Made by a program: the position numbers and the translations under genes. From the NCBI GenBank assembly GCA_918797485.1, contig CAKKNE010000003.1, positions 496,001 through 560,000 of the forward strand: a stretch of 64,000 nt of DNA, given 5' to 3'. The stretch comes from Pelagomonas calceolata (taxonomy: Eukaryota). The notes below the pieces were generated by a model that was given only the letters and a program-made list of their open reading frames with translations, did no database searches and was not told the DNA's origin. Positions 22,504 through 33,733 of this stretch are shown here, piece after piece (positions within the stretch are counted from its first letter, which is position 1; each line of letters begins with the position of its first letter).

Positions 22504-23077
22504 CGATCCTAGGCTTTCTGCAGCAGTGATTTATGAGTGGAAGGCATGCGCTGCACTGCGTTGCATCGATCTATAGGCTTCTGCTTGGGTTTGGCCTTTG
22601 GTGTGCCCTGTGCTGCTTTTTGGCATCCCTGTGCTGATGGCGTCCGCGTGTGTTTGGAACCCTCGCATCCGACGTGTTCTAGCCCTCGTCGACCGCCTGG
22701 ACGGTCGGAGAACTCGTAACTTGGAATCGCGCTAGCGTTTACGGGCTCTAGCCTTGCGCGGCCGCCCCAACATTGCGCGATTTGGGGGTGCCAGCACGCG
22801 GCGCTGCAAGACAGCGATTCCAGCGGATCACTGTGTTTCCGACGCGTCCCGCTGGCGCAGAGCGAGCGCAGGCGCACGTGCCGCTGCGGAAATCTAGAAG
22901 GCTTGGATTTAGGGCGCGCGGCGCGGCCAGCCACCCAAGCCGCCCAGCCTGCGACGCGGGAGGTTCCCGGCGCGCGCGGCACCCAGTCGCATCGCGGCTC
23001 CACGCCATCGACGCGCGCGAGCCTGCGACGAGCGCGAAGCTCGGACCGCGGCGACTTAAACAGCGCGGCGGATAAAG

Positions 23078-24497
23078 ATGGGCTGCTCGAGCTCGAGCGC
23101 GGCCGGCGCCGCCGACCCTAAACAAACCGAGGACAACGGAGCCACGGAAGTGAGGACGCCAGCTCAAGAAAGGTTCCCGTTCGACTGGCCGAGCGGCGCC
23201 GAGCATGTGGGGTACCTCACGGAAAGGCAAGTCCGAGCAAGGCTCAAGACGCAACCCGAACACACCGTGGATCTGGGCCAGGGCTTCACGTTACGATGGG
23301 CGGCCGCTTCGCAAAGGGGCTACTACCCGTCGCAAGCCGATAAAGCGAACCAAGATGCCTTCCGAGTAGAAGAAGATATGGAGGGCCCCAAGAAGCACTG
23401 GTTCGCCGTGTATGATGGGCACGGTCCCGTCGGCGAGAAGTGCTCGCGCTTCGCGTGCGAGCACGTGGCCATGGAGTTCTGCAAGCAATTGCGGTCCGGC
23501 GCGACGAAGGAGCAGGCCATGAGCCGGGCGCATACGTCGACGAACACGGCCTTGGCTCAGTCGGCCATTGATGACCAGCAGTCGGGGACTACTGCGGTGA
23601 CGGCCTACTTCGACGGTCTCGATCTACTGGTCTCGAACGTTGGGGATAGTAGGGTCATGCTCGGGTCCGTGGATGCCCAGGGCAAGTTGATACACAAGGC
23701 CCTGTCGACGGATCAAACGCCTTACCGAAGAGACGAAAGGGAAAGAGTCAAGGCGTGCGGCGCGCGCGTGATGACGGCGGACCAGATTGACGGCGTCGAG
23801 CCGATCCACGAGGTTCGTGTCAGTGTTGTGAATGGTCTTGAACTTGATCTGGTGTCCTCGCGATGGCGTCGCGTCGATGGCGTCGACGCGATGCCGCGCC
23901 GCCTCGACGCCGTCGACGCGGCCGCGAGAGAGTCTGCGCGTCTTGCCCCCGGCTCTCGTTCCCGCCACGCCATCGCCGCGACGGCCCCTCGAGTGTTTCG
24001 TTCACACGCAGGACTGGGACTGCGCGTTAGGTGATGAGATCGACGACGGCGGCGACCCGCCGCGGATCTGGGCCCAGGACCAGGAGTACCCGGGCACGGC
24101 CTTCACGCGGTCCATCGGCGACAGCCTGGCCGAGTCGCTGGGCGTCATGGCCGAGCCGGAGCTCGACCATCACCAGATCAAGCCGAATGATAAAGTCCTC
24201 ATCGTGGCTTCCGATGGTATATTTGAGTTCATTACGACCAGAGGGTGTTTGGACATGGCGTTGCTCTACAACAACCCGCTCGAGGCCTGCCTCGCGCTAG
24301 TCGGCGAGTCGTACAAGCTCTGGATCGAGCGCGAGGACCGGACCGACGACATCACGATCATCGTGGGCTTCATCGAGCAGTCCGGGGCCAAGCGCGACCA
24401 CGGCGTCGGCGTCGAGGAGGTCGCCATCGAGGAGGGCACGGCGGAGATGAAGAAGAAGAAGACGCGCCGCGGGTCGCTCGGGGGCAAGGCGCAGTAG
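23078..24497 (+). CDS. PP2C protein phosphatase; intron 23813-24011
   Basis: NQDAF, YDGHG, SGTTA, NVGDSR, TRSIGD, ASDGIFE, DDIT; MGC N-terminus suggests acylation. Confidence 0.92.
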
Positions 24498-24561
24498 TCG
24501 TCATGGGGGTCGCTGTCGATGAGAGTTCTTACGTTACGTTCTAGATGACTTACGCAGAGGC

Positions 24562-24960
24562 TAGTAGTCCGACTCCTCCTCGTCATAGTCACATAGTCAC
24601 TGCCGTATTCCCCCCGATTCTGCCGCTCCCGAATCCGCCGCTCCAGATCATCCCTGAGATCATCCTCGTACTGCCGCACCATCTCCTCCCGAATCCGGCC
24701 CATTGCCGCCACGAACGCGTCCGCCTTCGTGCGGTCCTCCCAACGGGCCGACCAGGCTCGCGCGTAGAGTTCAAGCAAATTGGTATCGACGCGAGCATTA
24801 AGGCTGGTTGAATAATAAAGGCAATCCCGCGTAAATGTCGCCGCTAGCTGCTGGTCTGCCCAGGTCTCCAGCCCGACGCCTATCCGAGGCCAGGATTCTT
24901 TGAGGCGACTATAATTGACCCTGAGCTCTGTGGCTAAATATTGCTATTTTCAAGCCGCTC
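24562..24960 (-). pseudogene. Decayed paralogue of the gene at 57425-58360
   Basis: IGVGLETWAD and ARAWSARWEDRTKADAFVA match VGSGLESWAE and ARALSRNWQDRQKADAFVA; no ATG, an upstream stop and apparent frameshifts. Confidence 0.7.
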
Positions 24961-25080
24961 GTGACACTTATAACAGCGCAAATCGTCGAGGCTAGTAACC
25001 ACTGTACTTCTGCGACCGCGCAACGTCACTTTGAGCTATCGTGCGACACACAGGCGATTGCTGCTCTCAGAGCTTGGTTG

Positions 25081-25102
25081 CTAGTGTCTTACAAGCCGCT
25101 AG
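25081..25102. promoter_or_regulatory. CTAG-box upstream motif
   Basis: ctagtgtcttacaagccgctag, upstream of the pseudogene. Confidence 0.55.
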
Positions 25103-25195
25103 CAAAAAAAACCGAATATTACGCATACAACAATGTCCCTTCGCGGACAGACGGCGCCATCGTCGACGTTTACAGCCTCGACGCCATCGCCGCTA

Positions 25196-25735
25196 CTACC
25201 ACCAGACCTCCCGGTCCTCGCGGAGCGCGACCACGGTCCCCTCGCTCAGGTCCGAGCGGTCGACGAAGTAGACGTCCTCGGACTCCTCGCCGTGTGGGTT
25301 GTTCGGCCCGAGGCCGCCGTCGATCAAACGCTGCTGCGGGAACGCGTCGACGGCGTTATACACGTCGTAGACGCTCTCGAGCGGCTCCTCGTCCTCGTCC
25401 CACACCAGTTCGACGGGATCCGCTTCTTGCCAGCAGCAGAGCGGTTGCAGGCGGCCGTCGCGTATGACGCCTAGCTCTACCGGCCCCGTCTCGTTGCGTG
25501 AGTATTCGACGACTTCGAACTCGTCGAAGTCGGCGAGGCTTGCGTAGCATAGTGAAGCGCGGCGACCGGGCGGCGTTCTCGCGCGCCCTGGTCGCGCCTG
25601 CCGCCGTCGGGTCGGCTGCGGCGAGACTGCCGTGAGCGCCGTGCGACCGCGCGTCGTCGGAGACACCAAGGCTGGACGCACTAGATTTTGCATCAATGCT
25701 AGAAGGATGGCGATCAGCGCCGCGTGTCTGCGCAT
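25196..25735 (-). CDS. Putative plastid-targeted hypothetical protein
   Basis: Signal peptide, Arg-rich transit-like segment, then an acidic domain (GLGPNNPHGEESEDVY). Confidence 0.7.
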   Translation of the reverse strand: MRRHAALIAILLALMQNLVRPALVSPTTRGRTALTAVSPQPTRRRQARPGRARTPPGRRASLCYASLADFDEFEVVEYSRNETGPVELGVIRDGRLQPLCCWQEADPVELVWDEDEEPLESVYDVYNAVDAFPQQRLIDGGLGPNNPHGEESEDVYFVDRSDLSEGTVVALREDREVWW

Positions 25736-26100
25736 CGTTGGGGTCAAGGCTGTTGCCTCGAGCAGCCGTGCAGCAGCACCACTGCACAAGCTCTGCACAA
25801 GAGCCGCTCCACACTATTAAAGCTGGCCTTGACGCGTCAATCGCTGCGGCAGGGGCGTGTAGCGTCTATTATCCACCGCTATAGCACGCCTAGTGAGTAT
25901 TGCGATCAGCAGGCCTGCTCAAAAAGCTGCACTGCCAGAGAGCACACGATCAGTGAGGTGCTGCAGCGGACCGCCAAGCGCCCGTCCCTTGCTGTAAGTT
26001 GCGCATCGATACGTTTGGACGTGTGCGAGCCGCCAGCCGCCAGTTCCGAACGAACGCCCGCAACGCACTGAGAGAGCAGCCCTCTGGTTACACCTCCACG

Positions 26101-27168
26101 ATGCTTGAAGTCGGCGTCGTGGGCGGCGGCCTCATGGGCATGGCCACTTCTTACTTCCTGCTGCGGAGCGGTCGCTGCCGCGTGACCCTCTACGACGCGT
26201 CGCTGCGCCGACCCGTCACGGGCTACAGCGCGTGCGCGTCGTCCGTCGCTGGTGGTTTGCTGCACCCGCTGACGCCGCGCCTGAAGCCGGCCTGGGAGGC
26301 GACCGAGGCATTGCGCAAGGCTGATGAGCTGGTCCGCGAAGCCGAGCGAGCGGCGAAGACGAGCCTCGTCACGACGGATGTCGTGCTTCGGCCGGCGATT
26401 GATGATGATGACGCTATCACATTACAAGCCGCCGCCGCGGACCGCCCCGAGTGGCTCGAGTGGCTTGATTCAGAAGCCTTTGTCGAAGCTTCGGGCCGCG
26501 CCGATCTCAACAATGGCGGCGTCCGTTACATAGGAGGGAGGTGCGTCGACCCGCGGGGCTACCTGGACGCGCTGCGGGTCTTGAACGAAAATGCGGGTGA
26601 GTTTTCTGTTGTGGAAGAGGCCGTGGACCCGCGCGAGTTAGACCATATGGAGACCATACTGTGCGGCGGCGCCGACGCGTTCAGAAAATTCCCGGAGCTG
26701 TTTCCGGGCGGGCTCACGCTCACGCGCGGCGAGAGCCTCGTCTACGACGCGTCTACTACGAATGGACCGGCGCTCTTGCGGGGCTCGTACCTCTGCCCCG
26801 GCGCGAACGGTTTGATATTGGGAGCGACGCACGAGCACTTTGACGATTCAAAGGCTGCCGTCGACGCGCCGCCGCGAGCACCAGAAGAGCTCCGCGCCGG
26901 CGGCTTACGGGAGGCCGCGGATCTGCTGGCGGCGCCAGGCGCGTCACCGAAAGGCGCGACGGCGGGCGTGCGCCTGAACGGCCCGCGGACGCACCTCGGC
27001 CGCTTGCCCTTCGCCTTCCGCCACGAAGAAGGATTGTGGGTCGCGGGCGGGCTCGGCGCGCGGGGGTTCCTGCGGCACGCGCAGCTCGGGGAGGTCGTGG
27101 CGGACGCGGTGCTGGGGGGAGAGGTGCCGGCGGCGTTCTGTCCTCGCCGCGGCGGGGTGGTTGAGTAG
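26101..27168 (+). CDS. FAD-dependent oxidoreductase (DAO family)
   Basis: VGVVGGGLMG, GGLLHP, LGATHE, AGVR, GGLGARG. Confidence 0.85.
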   Translation: MLEVGVVGGGLMGMATSYFLLRSGRCRVTLYDASLRRPVTGYSACASSVAGGLLHPLTPRLKPAWEATEALRKADELVREAERAAKTSLVTTDVVLRPAIDDDDAITLQAAAADRPEWLEWLDSEAFVEASGRADLNNGGVRYIGGRCVDPRGYLDALRVLNENAGEFSVVEEAVDPRELDHMETILCGGADAFRKFPELFPGGLTLTRGESLVYDASTTNGPALLRGSYLCPGANGLILGATHEHFDDSKAAVDAPPRAPEELRAGGLREAADLLAAPGASPKGATAGVRLNGPRTHLGRLPFAFRHEEGLWVAGGLGARGFLRHAQLGEVVADAVLGGEVPAAFCPRRGGVVE

Positions 27169-28140
27169 TGTAGTTGTAATCATGATATGTACACTGGCAC
27201 CGCCGGCACAGCGGCGCGCTGGGCGGGGAAAGGAAAGAACAAGCTCGGCGCGCAGATATCAAAGGGGGACCTCTCGCGGCGTCGCCGCCGCAAGCCACGT
27301 GGCGCGTGCGCACCTAGTTGTCCTCGGAGCCGCGGAGTCTGCGCGCCCCAAACTTGAGCTTGCGCGTCATCGGCTTGTCCGTGACCCTGCGCGTGGGATT
27401 CGATCGTGAAGGGTGACCGCCGCCATCGCGTCGGCGACGCGGAAGAGTTTGATGATCCGTCGCCATCGCGTCGGCGACGCGAGAGCGTTTGATGATTGGA
27501 CTCGGCCCCGAGACCACCTGTGCGTTTGATCATGAACGAGGGGCGCGTTCGGTTCGACGGCGGGCGGTACGTGTGGCGCCGAGAAAAAGCAAGTCGCGGC
27601 CGTCGCAGGCGCGCCCCGCGTAGCCGGCGGTTCTGCCGTCGTCTCGGGACGCTTTTATTGAGGTGTATGCTCGCGTGGCGCGCGCTTGCTGCAAGTGGGT
27701 TGCAAGCTCGACTGCAACGCGTTTTAGGGGATCCCGACAGGTTTTGAAGCGCTCTCTTTGAGCGTAGGTGGGCCTCGCGGGTCGGCGGAGCTCGCTCTGA
27801 GAGTTTTAAGTTCGCTCGTATTGTTCGCGCGCGGAGGAGCACGGTACTTTGCTTTGATTGCAGCTCTGACACTGCCCGACCGCGAGGCCGACCTCCCGGG
27901 ACGTCTCCCTACGGACTGTGATCTGTGCAGGAGCTATGCACAAAGCCTCGAGCGCAGGAGCGAAGCCCTGGCGGACGAGACGCGGCGCAGACTCCGCGCC
28001 CCGCGCACCCAAGCTTCCAAGGGCGAAACTTCTCCGAGGCATGGAGCAAGCCAGTACCCCGGCACCCGCAACGACCTAAATATAATAACACCTCTATAGA
28101 TAAACCCCGCGGAGCCGCGCCGCCGCGAGCAGCGAACAAC

Positions 28141-28636
28141 TCACCGCGCCGCCGAGAACGCCGCGTGCAGCGCCTCCTTCTGCGCGCGGCACTTGTCAAA
28201 CGCGTTGTTCGTGTCCGCAAGGCAGGCGCGGAATGCCTCGAATTCCGCGCCACTCTTCGCTTTGAGAGAAGCGATGAGGCCGTCGCCGCAGGACCTGTGT
28301 GGAAATCAAATTTCGGACGCCCCACGTCATCGACCCGGCGTCGTCCCCGTAACTGCATCTGCTCGATGGCGCGGAGATTCTACGCCATCGACGCGACGAC
28401 GTATGTCCCCGCAACTGCGGCAGCTCGATGGCGTGGAGGTTCACGCAATAATTCTCAGGATATCCTAACTCACTGGTTGATTTTCGCACAGCACAGGACG
28501 TGACGGCCGTGCCGGCCTCTAGGCAGTGGCGCGGATGCTGAGCCTCGGCCTTGCACTTCAAAAAGGCCATGTTCGCTGCGGCGCATTCGGTGCCCAGGAT
28601 CTGGGCGCTGGCGTACAGTTCCGCGCTCGTCGCCAT
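28141..28636 (-). CDS. NDUFA8: Complex I subunit NDUFA8-like twin-CX9C protein (96 aa); introner intron 28295-28499
   Basis: TSAELYASA..LGTECAAANMAFLKCK...P..CL..G..VT|SC...FRACL.....FDKCR; exons total 291 nt and end in TGA. Confidence 0.85.
28295..28491 (-). mobile_element. Introner element in NDUFA8
   Basis: TIRs match 13/15; TSD GTCCTGTG/GTCCTGCG. Confidence 0.88.
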
Positions 28637-28842
28637 CTTTATTGCTGAGCGCTCGCGTCGGCGGCGTGAGGGGTAGCGGCAGCGAGTGGCTCTGCAAGCT
28701 AGTTTGTGGTGGCTCGCACTGCTCGGTCGCAGCGGTTGTGCGCGAGCAGCAGACGGCTACGACGCAACACACGATGTGCTCTGGCGCGCGAAACCGGCGG
28801 AGAGCAGCAGTCTTATGATAAAAACTTGCTCCAGCCAGCTTG

Positions 28843-28862
28843 CTAGTGTCTTACACCGCTAG
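28843..28862. promoter_or_regulatory. CTAG-box upstream motif
   Basis: ctagtgtcttacaccgctag, upstream of NDUFA8. Confidence 0.6.
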
Positions 28863-28913
28863 GGAACCGGTTCGAGATGTCTTACAAATCGGGGTGGGTT
28901 GGACACGACACAA

Positions 28914-29426
28914 TCACGCGGCCGCCACTCCCTTCTCGCAATAGTAGTAGAGCGGGAGGATAATCGCCCACGACACGGCCGAGTCGCGGAGGCCAGAGAT
29001 GAGCTTGTTGCCCGGGCTGTAGGACTCGTCGACGGACGCCCGGTAGAAGTTGAACGCCGAGTTGATATTTGAGATGAAGATCAGCGAGACCCAGACCAAC
29101 ATCACCGCCTCGTAGCGCAGGCTCAGCGCGGCCGCGCAGTAGCCCTCGAGCGAGAAAAGTGCGTGCGCCAGGATGTACGCCACTGGCTTCCAGGCGTACG
29201 ACGCGAAGGGCGGCGCGTGCCGCTTCTGGGCCTGGCCTCGGCCTCCCGTGCCGTCGACGCTAGCGACACTGCCAGTATACCAGTCGAAGAGCATCTCGTA
29301 TTTTGATAGCGGCGAGTAAGGCTTAACCAGCAGGATCGTCAGATGCACCGCGGCCCAAGGTAAGTAGACTTTACGGAAGGGCATCCAGACAGTCAACGGT
29401 AATAAATCGGGAGCGAGCGGCGGCAT
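28914..29426 (-). CDS. Multi-pass membrane protein, unknown function
   Basis: First ATG of the ORF; several hydrophobic segments; start uncertain. Confidence 0.6.
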   Translation of the reverse strand: MPPLAPDLLPLTVWMPFRKVYLPWAAVHLTILLVKPYSPLSKYEMLFDWYTGSVASVDGTGGRGQAQKRHAPPFASYAWKPVAYILAHALFSLEGYCAAALSLRYEAVMLVWVSLIFISNINSAFNFYRASVDESYSPGNKLISGLRDSAVSWAIILPLYYYCEKGVAAA

Positions 29427-29683
29427 GACGCGCCAGCGGACCACATACGCTACCCAGCACGGCACGACGTCGACCTCGGCGCCACGCTCGACGATCTCCA
29501 CGAGGCCGTGGAGACGCTCGAGGAGACGAGACGGATTGCGCGCCGCGTGCTTGGAAGCGCGCACCCGACCGTTGCGAAGATGGAGCGAGCTCTGCAACGT
29601 GCGCGAGCCGCGCTCCGCGCCCGCGAGACGCCGCCGCCGCGGCCTGGCTAGGAGGAGCTAAGAACAAGCATAACAAAACACAA

Positions 29684-30703
29684 TTACACAAACCTCATCT
29701 TCTCCAGCACCCGCGAGTCGTGCCCGTCCAGGTGCGACACCATCGGCTTTTCAACCCCATCGTCCAGCACGTACTGCGCGAACTCCGCATGAGCAGATAA
29801 CCCCCGTTCCTTAATCCTTTTCAGTTGATACTGGCCGAGCTTGTCCTCCACAAAACCACCTCGAGCGACCAACCCGCCTCTATACACGAAGTCGCGATAG
29901 TGCCTCATCGAACAGATGTGCGTGCTATCGTACCATTGTAGCAATGGTGTCAAAGCGAACCCGAAGTCCGTCGGTTGCGGGGCTATCCTCAACTGATATT
30001 TGGACTGGACGTAGCGAGGATAGTTCAGGACGGTAGTAGTAGGCAACAGTACGTACTTCAACCAAGCGTCGTTCTTTTCTAAACATTTCACAATATCTAC
30101 AATGGGCGCCTCCCTGACAAAATTGCGGTCGTGCTGCACGACGATGACGTAGGGCGTCCTAACTCTTGTCAACGCGTTTTTGAGCGCGAAGCCAAACCCC
30201 TGCCGTTCTTGACACCGCACGATCTCTCCTAAATTGAGCTTCTTGAGGCGTTGAAGGAACTCCTCGTAGGCCAGGCCGCCCTCTTCCGTGACCTGGCCGC
30301 TCCGGTACTTTGGTTTGTCCCGCGTTTTGTAGCCTGCGCGGGGACGCGTCGATGGCGTGCCGGGCCGCGCGTAAAGCACTGCCGACGCCATCGACAGGAG
30401 GCCGCGAGCGACGACGAAGACATAGAAGGACCAGGCCGAAGACACGGAGGACGCGGGACACGCACCGTCGCAACAAATAATCAACCGACACGCTTTTAAA
30501 CAGGGAGCGTAGTGGCACATGGACCCGTGCGTTTCTTGTATTAACTTGGTTGAAGGATTACTTTTAACGGGCGACGTGCACAATACTACGGTCACCTTGT
30601 CCTCGAGGCGCCAGCCGCGGCGTTTTCTCCTCCATCGTTCTAGTATTAACGCTGCGACGGCGGCGGCGGCGGCGGCTCCTGCAAGTTTGTAACGCGGCTG
30701 CAT
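29684..30703 (-). CDS. GT-A-fold (GT2-like) protein with N-terminal anchor; in-frame intron 30334-30465
   Basis: TSPVKSNPST, IICCD|GY, GFGFAL...V.TPYVIVVQHD, HLDG. Confidence 0.75.
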   Translation of the reverse strand: MQPRYKLAGAAAAAAVAALILERWRRKRRGWRLEDKVTVVLCTSPVKSNPSTKLIQETHGSMCHYAPCLKACRLIICCDGACPASSVSSAWSFYVFVVARGLLSMASAVLYARPGTPSTRPRAGYKTRDKPKYRSGQVTEEGGLAYEEFLQRLKKLNLGEIVRCQERQGFGFALKNALTRVRTPYVIVVQHDRNFVREAPIVDIVKCLEKNDAWLKYVLLPTTTVLNYPRYVQSKYQLRIAPQPTDFGFALTPLLQWYDSTHICSMRHYRDFVYRGGLVARGGFVEDKLGQYQLKRIKERGLSAHAEFAQYVLDDGVEKPMVSHLDGHDSRVLEKMRFV

Positions 30704-31230
30704 CGCGTCTCACGCTGCGGCGGCGGCGTTTTGGTTGGGCGCAAGTGCTGTGGACAGCTTTGCTACCCAGGTAGCGCTGCGGCGACGACGTTAACGCCCG
30801 TTGTAGTGGTTGCTATTGCAGTGCTGCGACGATCTATGCGCGCTTGCAGCTGTTTGCTGCGCTAGGCGTGCTCCCAGCTCCAAGCAGCTCGACTCCTCGC
30901 TCGCTGCAGCCTGCAGAGCTGATTGTAAAGCGCGCAAACGCATCGCTCCGTGCCCACTCGTGCGCTGCACGAATAGCTGCAGCTTTCGCACGAGTCGCCG
31001 GACATCAGCAAGGAGCGCTAACGCCGCGGCGTTGCTTCAGCACACACACAAGGGTGCAATCACCTCACGCCGCCGCCGCGTCGCCGTAAATCGGTGCAAG
31101 GCGAACGAGTCACCGGACGACAGCGAACGAGCAGCGCTCACGCCGCGGCGAGCTGCTTCAGAGCACGCACCCAGTTGCATCGCACGCCCGTCGCCGCGTC
31201 GCATCACTGCACAACGCAACAAAAGCAGCC

Positions 31231-31818
31231 ATGGCCAAGAAGCGCGCCGCCGGCGACGGCCACGACTCGACCAAGAAACGCAAGAAGGCCAAGAAGGACT
31301 CGCCGTTCCGCGACGTCGCCGTAAGGGGCACGTTTGCACTACTCCCACACTGCCTCGACGACGTCAAGGGCCACATCCTGCGAAGGCTCCACGCTTTATT
31401 GATGCGACACTCGTCGGCATTGAGCGGCGTGCCGCTCGCCGTCCGCGACGTGAAACTGGCGCCTGGTCAAACTTTAGGAAGGGTCCAGGGCACGGATCCC
31501 CGTATACGGGTCGCCGTGCGCCTGCGGTGCACGGTCTTCGCGCCGCAGACCGACTGCGTCCTGCCGGGGCGCGTCAACGCGATCGCGCCGAACTACGTTG
31601 GGCTCCTCGTGCACGGCTACTTCAACGCGAGCATTGCGGCCTCGGATCTACGACCGTTGAATTTTGATTCGGGTGGGGCGTGCTGGCGGAACAATGAGCA
31701 AAAGGTCGAGGTCGGGACGTTAATTCGTTTCAGACTGACGAAGACGCACAACGAAGGGGGGATTTTGTCCTTCGAGGGGGTCTTCGTGGAGGTCGTCGCG
31801 CAGGGGGCGGGGAGTTAA
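31231..31818 (+). CDS. RPA43: RNA polymerase I subunit A43 (Rpb7-like)
   Basis: LLMRHS..LSGVPLA...VFAP...LPGRVN......VGLLVHGYFNASI. Confidence 0.8.
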   Translation: MAKKRAAGDGHDSTKKRKKAKKDSPFRDVAVRGTFALLPHCLDDVKGHILRRLHALLMRHSSALSGVPLAVRDVKLAPGQTLGRVQGTDPRIRVAVRLRCTVFAPQTDCVLPGRVNAIAPNYVGLLVHGYFNASIAASDLRPLNFDSGGACWRNNEQKVEVGTLIRFRLTKTHNEGGILSFEGVFVEVVAQGAGS

Positions 31819-31990
31819 TTTTCACATTCACTTAGTCGCGGCGGTGGCGTGCTGACACGCACCACACTTTTCCCTCGAGGACAAGTGCCCGCACCGTCTT
31901 GCGGCCCTGCAGGCCCCGTCTCAGGCCCCCGCGCGCGTTAACAAGCGCAGCAAGAGCAAAGGAGCAGGAGCAGGAGCGGGGGCAAGAGAA

Positions 31991-33397
31991 TCAATCGGAG
32001 TCGTCCCACTCGTCGCTCTCCACATCACCAGTATCCTGCACCTGGGCATCCACACCATTGCCACCCATGGACAGGTTCACGTTCGCGTTCGCAAACTGGT
32101 CGGCGAGCTGCGCCAATCTATCAATCGCCGCGTCGTCCTTGGCGCGATCTTCCTTCTCCGAGGCCCGGCGCTCGTTGACGACGACCGTGTTCAAGACCTT
32201 CCTCTCGACCACGCGCTCCGACAACAACTTCGTGCCCAAAGGCTGGCACGACTCCGTCAATGACGGAGGGCACTCGCCGGCGGCCCAGCGCTTGGCTGTG
32301 GTGGAAGGGAACCTAGAGCGCGTCTCTCCAAAAATGTCGTCGTTGAAGAAGGCTTTGTGGTCCTCGGTCCTTACGACCCGAAACGAGGCCGTATCTACTG
32401 TGGAAGTGGTCAATCTTAAGCACTTGAAGACCTCGAGGTCCATGACGTCCCTCAGCTTGTGGGGCAGCGCGCAGAATGAGGTACAGGCGGCCTGCTCCGA
32501 CCGCCACGTCGCGCCTTGAGTTATGGCAGAGGAGGTGCACTCGAAGCGTCTCATAACCCTATCGCCGCGGCCGACGCACCATAATAATCCAGAATCCTCG
32601 TCCCAGTGAGATAAAACATCACCAGATTGCGCGTCAATCACCGCTCGAGCGACGACGGCGTCGGGCTTCCTCACGTCAATTAGCGACACCTCGCGGCCGC
32701 CCGACGTCGCGGAGCCGACGGACAATACGCAATGCTCGATTCTAGAGGCGAAGACCGCGCGGAACGCCCGCGCGCCGCCGTGCGGCACGGACGACCACGC
32801 CACCGCCCCCGTCCGCACATCCACACATCGGAGCGTTCGATCCCGACACGACGCCGCGAACGTCGACCGATTCCAGTCCACGTGCGTGACAGCAGCATCA
32901 AGCTTACCGGTATGAATGGAAGCGGCCCGATTCAGTTCCGAAGCGACGTCCCACGTCGCCCAGCTTCCATCATTTGAAGCCGAGAGCAAGACGTGCTCCG
33001 CGGCGGGATGGAACTGTAAACAGCGGACGCCGGAGCCGTGGGCGCCGACCTCCAGCGATTCCTTCGACGGGTCCTCGACATTCGCCGCGATTCTCACCCT
33101 ACAGTCCTCGCCGCCCGTCGCTAATAGAGCGGAATGGAAGGGCGAGAAGGCGACGGCTTTGACTTCGGCCTTGTGGCCCTGGACGCAGTTTGAGAGGGCC
33201 TCCGCCGGCTCTACTTTACTTGTTTGATCGAGCCGCCCAATGTACACTGGGCCGCCGCCGCCGCTCCGATAGGGTACCGCGTAGAAGGCGTCGGACGCGG
33301 CTATACTTGGTGTGGCCGGCTGGAGGTGGGTTAAGAGCGTGGTTTCCCTTCCGCTGAGGTGCTTGTAGGGGTTCGTCTTCTGGGTGAAGCTGGCCAT
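31991..33397 (-). CDS. Coronin-like WD40 protein
   Basis: NPYKHL, FSPFHSALLATGGED, FHPAAEHVLLSAS, GRGD, FNDDIF. Confidence 0.85.
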   Translation of the reverse strand: MASFTQKTNPYKHLSGRETTLLTHLQPATPSIAASDAFYAVPYRSGGGGPVYIGRLDQTSKVEPAEALSNCVQGHKAEVKAVAFSPFHSALLATGGEDCRVRIAANVEDPSKESLEVGAHGSGVRCLQFHPAAEHVLLSASNDGSWATWDVASELNRAASIHTGKLDAAVTHVDWNRSTFAASCRDRTLRCVDVRTGAVAWSSVPHGGARAFRAVFASRIEHCVLSVGSATSGGREVSLIDVRKPDAVVARAVIDAQSGDVLSHWDEDSGLLWCVGRGDRVMRRFECTSSAITQGATWRSEQAACTSFCALPHKLRDVMDLEVFKCLRLTTSTVDTASFRVVRTEDHKAFFNDDIFGETRSRFPSTTAKRWAAGECPPSLTESCQPLGTKLLSERVVERKVLNTVVVNERRASEKEDRAKDDAAIDRLAQLADQFANANVNLSMGGNGVDAQVQDTGDVESDEWDDSD

Positions 33398-33733
33398 TGG
33401 AGTGTGTGGCAGCTCTCCGGGCACTTGTCGGGTGCGGGCCGACCGCGGTTCAAATTTACGCTGCGGGCCGACCGCGTACGAACGCAGCGATGGCGTACAG
33501 CGCCGGTGATGACTTCTGGGCCACAGGGAGCTTGCGTGGTGGCTTGGGGCTGCCATTAGCTAGCGACCAGTAAGTCTCTAGCCGCATGTCCCTCAGGCTT
33601 CGCTTTTCGCTTTTTGGACAGTGCGCGGCCTAGGCCGCCCTGTAGATCGGCATTACTCGGTCTCATAGTAGTCCGCACGCGACGCAGCAACGAGAGGACA
33701 GTTTCAGGCCTCCAAAGCCGCAAAACAAGCAAG

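Noticed and set aside
27758..28099. Plus-strand ORF with a CDLC motif
   Set aside because: No convincing ATG start or domain context
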